This document shows positions 26,676 to 33,546 of a DNA stretch of 33,546 bases, piece by piece (the stretch's first letter is position 1; each line of letters starts with the position of its first letter). Made by a program: the position numbers and the translations under genes. The notes under the pieces were generated by a model, which made no database searches, had not been told where the DNA came from, and was given only the letters and a program-made list of their open reading frames with translations. This DNA is from Pseudomonadota bacterium. GTDB lineage: Bacteria; Pseudomonadota; Alphaproteobacteria; Rhizobiales; Xanthobacteraceae. The DNA is taken from assembly GCA_023430245.1 (NCBI GenBank), contig JAEZBA010000159.1, positions 1 to 33,546 on the forward strand, written 5' to 3'.

Positions 26676-28091
26676 ATGCCGATGCTCGCACCGGATAAAG
26701 ACCTGATCACGAAGTTCGCCGGGATCGTCGGCGAGAAATACGCCATCACCGATCCGGACGTGCAGGCCGCCTATCTGCACGAGCAGCGCGACCGCTGGCC
26801 GGGCCACTCGCCGCTGATCCTGCGCCCCGAAACCACCGAGCAGGTCGCGGCGATCCTCAAACTCGCCAACGAGACCCGCACCGCGATCGTGCCGCAGGGC
26901 GGCAATACCGGATTGGTCGGCGGGCAAGTCGCACTCAACGGCGAGATCGTGCTCTCGCTCAACCGCATGACCCGCATTCGCGAGGTCGACCCGGTCACCA
27001 ACACGCTCACGGCCGAAGCTGGTGTCACGCTCCAGCGCGCACGCGAGGCAGCAGCCGAAGTCGACCGGCTCTATCCGCAGCTTCTCCCCTCCGAGGGCAC
27101 CTGCACGATCGGCGGCAATCTCTCGACCAATGCCGGCGGCACCGCCGCGATCGCGCATGGCGTCGCGCGCGCACATCCGCTCGGCCTCGAAGTGGTGCTG
27201 GCCGACGGCCGCGTCCTCAACAACCTCAACAAGCTGAAGAAAGACAATACCGGCTACGACCTGAAGAACCTGTTCATCGGCGCCGAAGGCACGCTCGGCA
27301 TCATCACCGCGGCGGTGCTGCGCCTCGTGCCGCGCCCGCGTTCGGTCGAGCTTGCGGTGTTCGGCGTGCCGTCGGTGCAGGCCGCAGTCGATCTGCTTGG
27401 ACTTGCCTATGAGCGCGCGGGTTCGCAGGTCACGAGCTTCGAACTGATGACGCGCATGAATGTCGATCTCGCGCTGCGTTTCGTCGACGGCACGCGCGAT
27501 CCGCTCGACGCACCGCATCCCTGGTACGTGCTGATGGAATTGTCGTCGCAGGCCGAGAGCGGCTTGCGCGACCTGGTCGAGGCGATCTTCGAGGCCGGCG
27601 TCGAGCGCTCACTGATCGATGACGGCGCGATCGCGCAGACGCTGGAACAAGCCAAGGCGATGTGGCGCATCCGCGAGGAAGCGGGCGAAGTGCAGAAGCG
27701 CGAGGGTGCGTCGATCAAGCACGACATCTCGATCCCGGTCGCAGCGATCCCGGCCTTCATCGCTGAAGCCAATGCCGCGGCGATTGCGGTGGTGCCGGGC
27801 GCGCGGCCGATGCCGTTCGGCCATGTCGGCGACGGCAACATCCATTACAACATCACGCAGCCGGCCGGCATGGACAAGGCAGCCTTCATGGCGCGCGAGG
27901 ACGACATTCAGGACGCGGTGTTCGCGGTGGTTGCGAAATACGGCGGTTCGATTTCGGCCGAACACGGCATCGGCATTGCCAAGCGCGCGCGTCTGCCGCT
28001 GGTGAAGGATCCCGTGGCGATCGAACTGATGCGCACGCTGAAGGCGACGCTCGACCCGAACGGGATTCTCAATCCGGGGAAGGTGTTGTAG
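26676..28091 (+). CDS. FAD-binding oxidoreductase (GlcD / D-2-hydroxyglutarate dehydrogenase-like)
   Basis: Motifs 'PQGGNTGLVGG', 'IGGNLSTNAGG', 'KKDNTGYDLK.LFIGAEGTLGIIT', 'KHDIS', 'FGH.GDGNIH', 'SAEHGIG' and 'LNPGK'. Confidence 0.92.
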   Translation: MPMLAPDKDLITKFAGIVGEKYAITDPDVQAAYLHEQRDRWPGHSPLILRPETTEQVAAILKLANETRTAIVPQGGNTGLVGGQVALNGEIVLSLNRMTRIREVDPVTNTLTAEAGVTLQRAREAAAEVDRLYPQLLPSEGTCTIGGNLSTNAGGTAAIAHGVARAHPLGLEVVLADGRVLNNLNKLKKDNTGYDLKNLFIGAEGTLGIITAAVLRLVPRPRSVELAVFGVPSVQAAVDLLGLAYERAGSQVTSFELMTRMNVDLALRFVDGTRDPLDAPHPWYVLMELSSQAESGLRDLVEAIFEAGVERSLIDDGAIAQTLEQAKAMWRIREEAGEVQKREGASIKHDISIPVAAIPAFIAEANAAAIAVVPGARPMPFGHVGDGNIHYNITQPAGMDKAAFMAREDDIQDAVFAVVAKYGGSISAEHGIGIAKRARLPLVKDPVAIELMRTLKATLDPNGILNPGKVL

Positions 28092-28129
28092 ATCGCCTAC
28101 ATGCATATGACCGCGAGCACTTTTACTTA

Positions 28130-29146
28130 CTATGGTTTTGACGTTTCCTCCGCGCGGATGGTCTCCAGTACGGGCTCCCATGTCTTCTGCTGCTGAGCGA
28201 TGAAAGCCGACGTTTCTTCGGGCGTCATCGGATTGATCCGGGCACCGAGCTTCGCAAGGCGCTCCTGAAGCTCCGGGTCCGCGCTGACCTTGATGAGGTC
28301 ATCACTGATTTTGCGGACGATCGCCTCCGGCGTACCCGGCGGCGCCAGCAACACAGCCCAGCCAGTGGCGCGGAAGCCGGGAATCGTCTCGGCGACCGTT
28401 GGCACATTGGGAAAGTCGGCCAGACGCTTGTCGAGGGCAACGGCAAGAAGCTTTATCGACCCCGCACTGGCAGCGCCCGCCAATGAGGAATAGCCGTCGA
28501 CGACCAGACCGACGCGTCCCGACGTGACATCGGCAAAAGCCTGGGCCGGACCGCCTTTATAGGGGACCGAGAGCAGCTTGATCCCGGTCTCTCTTTCGAT
28601 CAGCACGCCGGTCAGGTGAGTCAGGCGACCAACACCTGTGACAGCGGAGGAAACCTTGCCCGGGTTCTTCTTGGCGAGCGCGATTAATTCCGGCAGCGTT
28701 GACACGCCGAGCGTCGGAGAAGCGGCGATAAACATCGGGATTTCGGTCACGAACCCGACCGGGATGAAATCCTTCGGCACGTTGATCGGGATCAGTGGCG
28801 GAACGGCGTGAAGTGCCACGAAGGACGACATGACCGCCTGATACAAAGTGTAGCCGTCCGGCTCGGCCGTTGCGACCGAGCGCGCCGCGATGCTGCCGCC
28901 ACCGCCCGGCCGATTGACCGCAACCACCTGCTGACCCCAGAGCTGGGATAGCCGGTCGGCCACCAACCGCAGGCCGACGTCTGGAGACGCGCCGACCGCC
29001 GCGTCCTGCACGATCTGGACCGGGCGATCCGGAAACCGGCCGGTCTGAGCTTCGGCCTTGATCGCGACGCCGGCAAGCATGATCGAACCCATCAGGGTCG
29101 TCGTTGCGATCGAGCGATTCAGCGCGCTGCGCAATACAGTCTTCAC
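28130..29146 (-). CDS. Bug/TctC family solute-binding protein (divergent subtype)
   Basis: GTG start after SD AAGGAG. Motifs 'FPDRPV', 'NRPGGGG', 'EPDGYTL', 'PYKGG' and 'FPNVPTVAETIPG'. Confidence 0.88.
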   Translation of the reverse strand: MKTVLRSALNRSIATTTLMGSIMLAGVAIKAEAQTGRFPDRPVQIVQDAAVGASPDVGLRLVADRLSQLWGQQVVAVNRPGGGGSIAARSVATAEPDGYTLYQAVMSSFVALHAVPPLIPINVPKDFIPVGFVTEIPMFIAASPTLGVSTLPELIALAKKNPGKVSSAVTGVGRLTHLTGVLIERETGIKLLSVPYKGGPAQAFADVTSGRVGLVVDGYSSLAGAASAGSIKLLAVALDKRLADFPNVPTVAETIPGFRATGWAVLLAPPGTPEAIVRKISDDLIKVSADPELQERLAKLGARINPMTPEETSAFIAQQQKTWEPVLETIRAEETSKP

Positions 29147-29468
29147 GTCGAACTCCTTTATCGGGTACAGATAACCACGCGCGAGATGCGCGTCGTGATT
29201 GCGCCCGAAGCTCCGTCAGCTTAGCTGCCCGCGGCATTCTGCGTAAAGGCCGGATGCGTTCGAACACCGGCTCATGTGCCCTTCGAATTCCCGCAACCCG
29301 GGCGTGCTGCGGGAAGGCTCTGTCAGTCAGTGAGCATCTCGTCCCGGCGAGCTCTCTCTCATCGCAGCGCGACGGCGTCTCGGCGCCTCAGTTTTTTGTA
29401 TACTGGCGATGACGCATCCGGCAGATAAGGAAATCATGCAGTCTGCTTTGAGAAGGCAATAGACAGAG

Positions 29469-30326
29469 ATGAGCGAGCGCGCGGGCGACGTTTCTTTTTT
29501 AAACAGCGAGTACGACGCGCGCGCGCGCACGCCTTCATTTGACCGCGAGCGCATCTATAAGGAGCGGAGCCAGGCGGCCTTCGACCGCACCGAGAGGATT
29601 GCCGACATCGTGTACGATACAGCGTCCGGATCGAAGCTGGACATCTACCCCGCGCAACCCGGCGCGCCCCTGTTCGTCTGGATTCATGGCGGCTACTGGC
29701 GATCGTCGACGAAGGATGCAAATGCCTTTGTCGCGCCGGGCCTTGTTGACGCCGGCGTCGCCGTCGCCAGCGTCGATTACTCGCTGGCTCCGGCCGTGCG
29801 GATTGGTGAGATCGTGAGGCAGGTTCGAACGAGCGTGGCGTGGCTCGTCGAGAACGCGCGAACCTATAAATACGACGCCGGACGCATCCATGTTGGCGGC
29901 CATTCGGCGGGCGGGCATCTCGTCGGGATGCTGCTGGCCGACAAATGGCCGAAAAGCTTCGGCTTGGCACGCGATCCGGTTCGGACCGGACTCGCTATCA
30001 GCGGATTATTCGATCTTGCCCCCCTGCAAAAGACATTCGTCAACGAGGCTCTGAGGTTGAACGAAGCGGAAATACGCGACAACAGCCCGATCAACCTGCT
30101 TCCTGAAACCTCCAATGCTACGCTTCTTGCCACGGTCGGCGGGACGGAATCATCCGAATTCCAACGGCAGACGGATGAATATCTGCGGGCTTGGCAACAT
30201 CGGGGCCATCGGGGGACCCGCATCGACATGCCGGGCTTTCATCACTTCAATATCATTCTGGAGCTTGAGAAGCCGGGAAATCCGTTGTTCGATAAGCTGC
30301 TGGATAGCATCCGACAGAACGGCTGA
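29469..30326 (+). CDS. Alpha/beta hydrolase, arylformamidase (AFMID)/esterase-like
   Basis: HGGYW oxyanion motif, GHSAGGH nucleophile, 'ISGLFDL.PL', 'ESSEF.RQ' and 'HHFNI'. Confidence 0.85.
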   Translation: MSERAGDVSFLNSEYDARARTPSFDRERIYKERSQAAFDRTERIADIVYDTASGSKLDIYPAQPGAPLFVWIHGGYWRSSTKDANAFVAPGLVDAGVAVASVDYSLAPAVRIGEIVRQVRTSVAWLVENARTYKYDAGRIHVGGHSAGGHLVGMLLADKWPKSFGLARDPVRTGLAISGLFDLAPLQKTFVNEALRLNEAEIRDNSPINLLPETSNATLLATVGGTESSEFQRQTDEYLRAWQHRGHRGTRIDMPGFHHFNIILELEKPGNPLFDKLLDSIRQNG

Positions 30327-30369
30327 ACCTTGAAGGGCCGGCCCGTTCGCTCTCAAACCAGCCCGGCAG

Positions 30370-31281
30370 CTATCCTTGCCGCCGCTCCTCCGCAATCTCA
30401 TGCCTTCCCGCTGCTTCGAACAGCACGATGGCGCCGATCATGATCGCGGCGCCGAGCCATTGCACCGGCGACAGCCACTGGCCGAGGATCACCGCCGCCA
30501 TCACGATGCTCAGCAGCGGCTCGGCATTGCTCAGCATGGTGGCGCGGACCGGACTGAGGTAGCGAAACGACGCGAAGAAGCACAACAGCCCCACCGCAAT
30601 GCCGACGCCGGCGGCGGCGATGCCAAGCCATCCGGTCGCATTCACGGGCCATGACCACGCGCCGAGCAGCGAAGCCAGCAGCGCGAAAAACACGCCGCCG
30701 AGCGCCGTGACATACAGGTTGACCTGCGTCGAGGTCGCGTGCCGTTGCGCGCGTGCGCCGCACAGGATGGCGCCGCAGATGGTGATCGCCGCAAGCGTCG
30801 CCAGCGCGATCCCGGTCATGTCGAGGGTGTCGAATGTCGGCGCCAGCGCCAGCGCCAGGCCGGCCAGCGCCGCCAGCGCCAGCAACAGCTTGCCGAATGT
30901 CAGCCGGTCGCCGCCGCGCCAGTGCACGATCACCGCGATCACGATCGGATGAACGAAGAAAATCAGAATGGCGACGCTGACCGGGATATAGGCCACCGCA
31001 CCGATCAGCCCATAGACCATCACCGCAGAGAACGCGCCGCAGGCAAGGCACCATCGCAAGGCGGTGCGGCCGATGCGAAAGTCCTGCCGGAACAGCACCA
31101 CCAGAAATGCCAGCAACGCCGCGCCGATCAGCCCGCGCGCCGCAACGACGGTCAGGACGTTGCTGCCGTTATCGAACGCGACCTTGGCCGCGGTCGGGCC
31201 GATGGCAAAGGCCACCGCCGATGTCAGAACCAGCGCGATGCCGATGCGCCTGCTCGCAGGCGCCCCGCTCGTGACAGACAT
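30370..31281 (-). CDS. DMT/EamA family transporter
   Basis: About 10 TM helices in two repeats. Motifs 'IPVSVA.LIFFVHP' and 'LSN.EPL......A..LGQ.LS..QW.G'. Start MSVTSG at 31281 is approximate. Confidence 0.85.
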   Translation of the reverse strand: MSVTSGAPASRRIGIALVLTSAVAFAIGPTAAKVAFDNGSNVLTVVAARGLIGAALLAFLVVLFRQDFRIGRTALRWCLACGAFSAVMVYGLIGAVAYIPVSVAILIFFVHPIVIAVIVHWRGGDRLTFGKLLLALAALAGLALALAPTFDTLDMTGIALATLAAITICGAILCGARAQRHATSTQVNLYVTALGGVFFALLASLLGAWSWPVNATGWLGIAAAGVGIAVGLLCFFASFRYLSPVRATMLSNAEPLLSIVMAAVILGQWLSPVQWLGAAIMIGAIVLFEAAGRHEIAEERRQG

Positions 31282-31471
31282 ACGGCGCTTTTCCCGGGAC
31301 AGGCCGATCGGACGGATCAGGATGAGGAACGTTGCGGCAGGGGCAGATGCCCCGCCACAGCGGATTCCCATGCGTGCGTTTGGGCACCTCGTCAACTGCT
31401 GTGCGACGCCGAGAGACGCCGTCCGCCCTATCCGCCTGTGGTCGACACGGATACCGCGGACGCGGCGCAGG

Positions 31472-31509
31472 CAAGAGAATGCAGCGGGCCAAGATGCGGC
31501 CCGCTGCAT
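31472..31509 (-). terminator. Probable intrinsic terminator after the PRC-barrel/small-protein pair
   Basis: Perfect 12-bp stem atgcagcgggcc/ggcccgctgcat (31479-31509), followed on the minus strand by tctcttg. Confidence 0.6.
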
Positions 31510-31529
31510 GCATGATCAGCGACGCGTGA

Positions 31530-31850
31530 TTACGGACAGAACCAGATCGGTCCGACGATCACGCAGCCTCGTCGCTGCCAGTCCCGCGGCCGGCTTTGAT
31601 AGCGCCGCCAGCCGGGCGGTGGCGACCGATAGCGATGCCCCGGCGTATAATGGCGACGCCCGTGCTGGCGAACGCCGCGATGGTCCCGCCGCGGTTGCGC
31701 CCGATGCCGCTGGGCCTGCGCCGGGAGAGGCTGGACCGCGCGTTCGCGTGCGGTCTGGTCCAATCCGCTCGCAACGGGGAACGCATGGGCGCCGGCGGGC
31801 GCAGTCAGAACGAAGGCTCCGGCCACCATGGCGAAGATCGACAATCTCAT
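31530..31850 (-). CDS. Small secreted Arg/His-rich hypothetical protein (106 aa)
   Basis: SD GGGAG, signal peptide MRLSIFAMVAGAFVLTAPAGAHA, and C-terminal GCVIVGPIWFCP. The ORF track's start at 32099 would overlap the PRC gene. Confidence 0.72.
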   Translation of the reverse strand: MRLSIFAMVAGAFVLTAPAGAHAFPVASGLDQTARERAVQPLPAQAQRHRAQPRRDHRGVRQHGRRHYTPGHRYRSPPPGWRRYQSRPRDWQRRGCVIVGPIWFCP

Positions 31851-31864
31851 CAACTCACTCCCGA

Positions 31865-32461
31865 TTATCGACCGAACTGGAATTCCGGTGCGTTCTGCAG
31901 CTGGTCCTTGGTCGCTCCGCGCAGAACCGCCCGTTCGGGGCGATCGTTCAGCTGAGCGGTCGTGGCGGTCCGGTCGGTCATCGTACCGGTGCCGGTTGTG
32001 CCCGGGGCAGGCTGCGTTGAGCCCGGCTGCGCGGTCGTCTGTCCTGGCGTCGCGGTTCCAGGTGCGGTCGCAACGTTGGCGGCGCCAACCATCTGCCATT
32101 GCAGTCTGTCGAACGGGACAGCCACATCGCGCTGTCCGATGCCGAGGAAGCCGCCGACACCGATCACCACCGCTTCAACCTGGCCTTGCTTGTTCAGCAA
32201 AACCTCGGTGATGTCGCCGATCCGTTCGTTCTGTTCGTTGTAGACATTCACGCCATCGAGCTGCGATGCGCGCCACAGATCCTGCCGATTCTCGGTGATG
32301 TATTGCATGCCCGCGGCTCCGGCCGCCGGGTTTTGCGTCGCCGCGCCCGCGGGTGACTGCGTGCCTGCCGGCGCGCCGGGTTGCGGCGCCGTTTGCGCAT
32401 GCGCGGTTCCCAGTGCGAAGGCCGAGCTGAGTAGGACTGCCGCTGTTGCGGATTTCAGCAT
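31865..32461 (-). CDS. Secreted PRC-barrel domain protein
   Basis: Signal peptide ends AHA-Q. Motifs 'RASQL.G..VYN...E.IGDI', 'VIGVGGFLGIG..DVAVPF' and 'TKDQL.NAPEF'. SD AAGGGAG. Confidence 0.9.
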   Translation of the reverse strand: MLKSATAAVLLSSAFALGTAHAQTAPQPGAPAGTQSPAGAATQNPAAGAAGMQYITENRQDLWRASQLDGVNVYNEQNERIGDITEVLLNKQGQVEAVVIGVGGFLGIGQRDVAVPFDRLQWQMVGAANVATAPGTATPGQTTAQPGSTQPAPGTTGTGTMTDRTATTAQLNDRPERAVLRGATKDQLQNAPEFQFGR

Positions 32462-32529
32462 GATTCTCCCTTTCATGTTCCAGTGTGGGGGTGGTTCCGC
32501 ACGCCGCGTGCGTGCGGTGACCTATCTCC

Positions 32530-32554
32530 AATGATCAAGGGCTTGCGATGTTTC
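32530..32554 (-). promoter_or_regulatory. Possible EcfG-type promoter upstream of the PRC-barrel gene
   Basis: Minus strand GAAAC-atcgcaagcccttgat(16)-CATT, with one mismatch in the -35 element. Confidence 0.4.
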
Positions 32555-32696
32555 GCGAATTCGGGCGCTTGTGCGCTTTCGTCGCGTCTCGCGCGAAAGC
32601 GATCGGCTGAGCATCATCGCGTGCCTGACACACTTGGACCGCAAATGCGGCTACGCTGACTGTGCTCTGCAGCCTGCCAAAATGAAGGGACGCGAA

Positions 32697-33179
32697 ATGC
32701 CGGTGACGCCCAAGAACACCATCTGCCTGTGGTTCGACAAGGACGCCGAGGAAGCGGCGCGCTTCTATGCCGCGACGTTTCCCGACAGCAAGGTCACGGC
32801 CGTGCGCAAAGCGCCGTCCGATTTTCCCGGCGGCAAGGCGGGCGATGTGCTGACGGTGGAATTTACCGTGCTCGGCATCCCGTGCCTCGGGCTCAATGGC
32901 GGGCCGGCGTTTAAGCAGAGCGAGGCGTTCTCGTTCCAGGTGGCGACCGACGATCAGGCGGAGACCGACCGATACTGGAACGCGATCGTCGGCAATGGTG
33001 GGCAGGAGAGCGCCTGCGGCTGGTGCAAGGACAAATGGGGCCTGTCGTGGCAGATCACGCCGCGCATCCTGACTGACGCGCTTGCCGCGGGCGGCGACCA
33101 GGCGAAGCGCGCGTTCGCGGCGATGATGACGATGCGGAAGATCGACGTCGCCACGATCGAGAAAGCCCGGCGCGGGTGA
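32697..33179 (+). CDS. VOC family, PhnB-like (3-demethylubiquinone-9 3-methyltransferase domain) protein
   Basis: Motifs 'KNTICLWFD..AEEAA.FY', 'LNGGP.F', 'SFQVATDDQ.ETDRYW' and 'CGWCKDKWG.SWQI.P'. SD AAGGGA. Confidence 0.9.
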   Translation: MPVTPKNTICLWFDKDAEEAARFYAATFPDSKVTAVRKAPSDFPGGKAGDVLTVEFTVLGIPCLGLNGGPAFKQSEAFSFQVATDDQAETDRYWNAIVGNGGQESACGWCKDKWGLSWQITPRILTDALAAGGDQAKRAFAAMMTMRKIDVATIEKARRG

Positions 33180-33181
33180 TA

Positions 33182-33210
33182 TTGCACGCTGTGGCATTGT
33201 CCAGCATAAC
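33182..33210 (+). promoter_or_regulatory. Probable sigma70 promoter for a (near-)leaderless transcript
   Basis: TTGCAC-N17-CATAAC, ending 7 nt before ATG 33218. Confidence 0.5.
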
Positions 33211-33217
33211 GTCGCGC

Positions 33218-33546
33218 ATGACACATCCCGACATCGAACATCGCTGGGTTCACGTCCAGTACAAGGAAGACGCAGCCTTCGTCGAAACCTACGGCTTTTC
33301 CGGCAATCAGGGCGCGGTCAATCTCGAGGGCCTGCTGATGACGCCAAAGGGCGTGCCCTCCTCCACGCTCCTGATCTTCATGCATCCGGCCTCGACGCTG
33401 CAGCTTCTGCCCGTGCCGCAGGCCGCCGTCAAAGCAGGATGGCATGTGCTGTGCGCGGCCAGCCGCTATGCGAAGAACGACACCGCGCTGATTCTCGAAA
33501 AAGTGCTTTTGGATCTCGGCGCCTATATCCGGCACGCGAAGGAGCA
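33218..33546 (+). CDS. N-terminal part of a probable alpha/beta hydrolase, truncated by window end
   Basis: Open frame absent from the ORF track: MTHPDIEHRWVHVQYKEDAAFVETYGFSGNQGAVNLEGLLMTPKGVPSSTLLIFMHPASTLQLLPVP...GWHVLCAASRYAKNDTALILEKVLLDLGAYIRHAKE. The strand/helix pattern resembles the N-terminal half of the hydrolase fold; the nucleophile motif lies outside the window. Confidence 0.7.
   Translation, partial: MTHPDIEHRWVHVQYKEDAAFVETYGFSGNQGAVNLEGLLMTPKGVPSSTLLIFMHPASTLQLLPVPQAAVKAGWHVLCAASRYAKNDTALILEKVLLDLGAYIRHAKE

Noticed and set aside
30840..30885. (gccagc)n tandem repeat
   Set aside because: It simply encodes Leu-Ala repeats of an EamA transmembrane helix and is not an array.
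1..33546. CRISPR array, prophage, IS element, toxin-antitoxin or anti-phage system
   Set aside because: I found no regularly spaced repeats and recognised no transposase, integrase, phage, nuclease or NTPase motifs. The TPR protein has a wHTH/TolB-like architecture without a STAND NTPase.

Overview
GC-rich (roughly 63-65% by eye) chromosomal window from an alphaproteobacterium, most likely Hyphomicrobiales (Rhodoplanes/Pseudorhodoplanes/Bradyrhizobium-like). This assignment is inferred from gene content, rhizobial-type intergenic palindromes and three orphan Bug/TctC genes. I support 31 CDS (two truncated by the window edges) and one tRNA-Pro(CGG). Contents: an acyl-CoA ligase tail, a DUF898/M48-peptidase pair, DUF1499, DUF2336, a TAXI-TRAP transporter with an IlvD/Edd sugar-acid dehydratase, an orphan HisKA_2 sensor kinase, stress genes (USP, DUF305, PRC-barrel) with FNR/FixK- and EcfG-type promoter motifs, a wHTH-TolB-like-TPR regulator divergent from an MBL/SDR/Tat-haloperoxidase cluster, and sua5. 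I saw no integrase, transposase, phage gene, CRISPR array or recognisable defence system. There are two best candidates for undescribed biology. The first is a 697-aa secreted protein (15713-17806) with an NlpC/P60-like Cys-His-Asp arrangement. The second is the wHTH-TPR regulator module with an 11-bp-phased repeat array in its divergent promoter. All family calls come from motif recognition by eye, not database searches.
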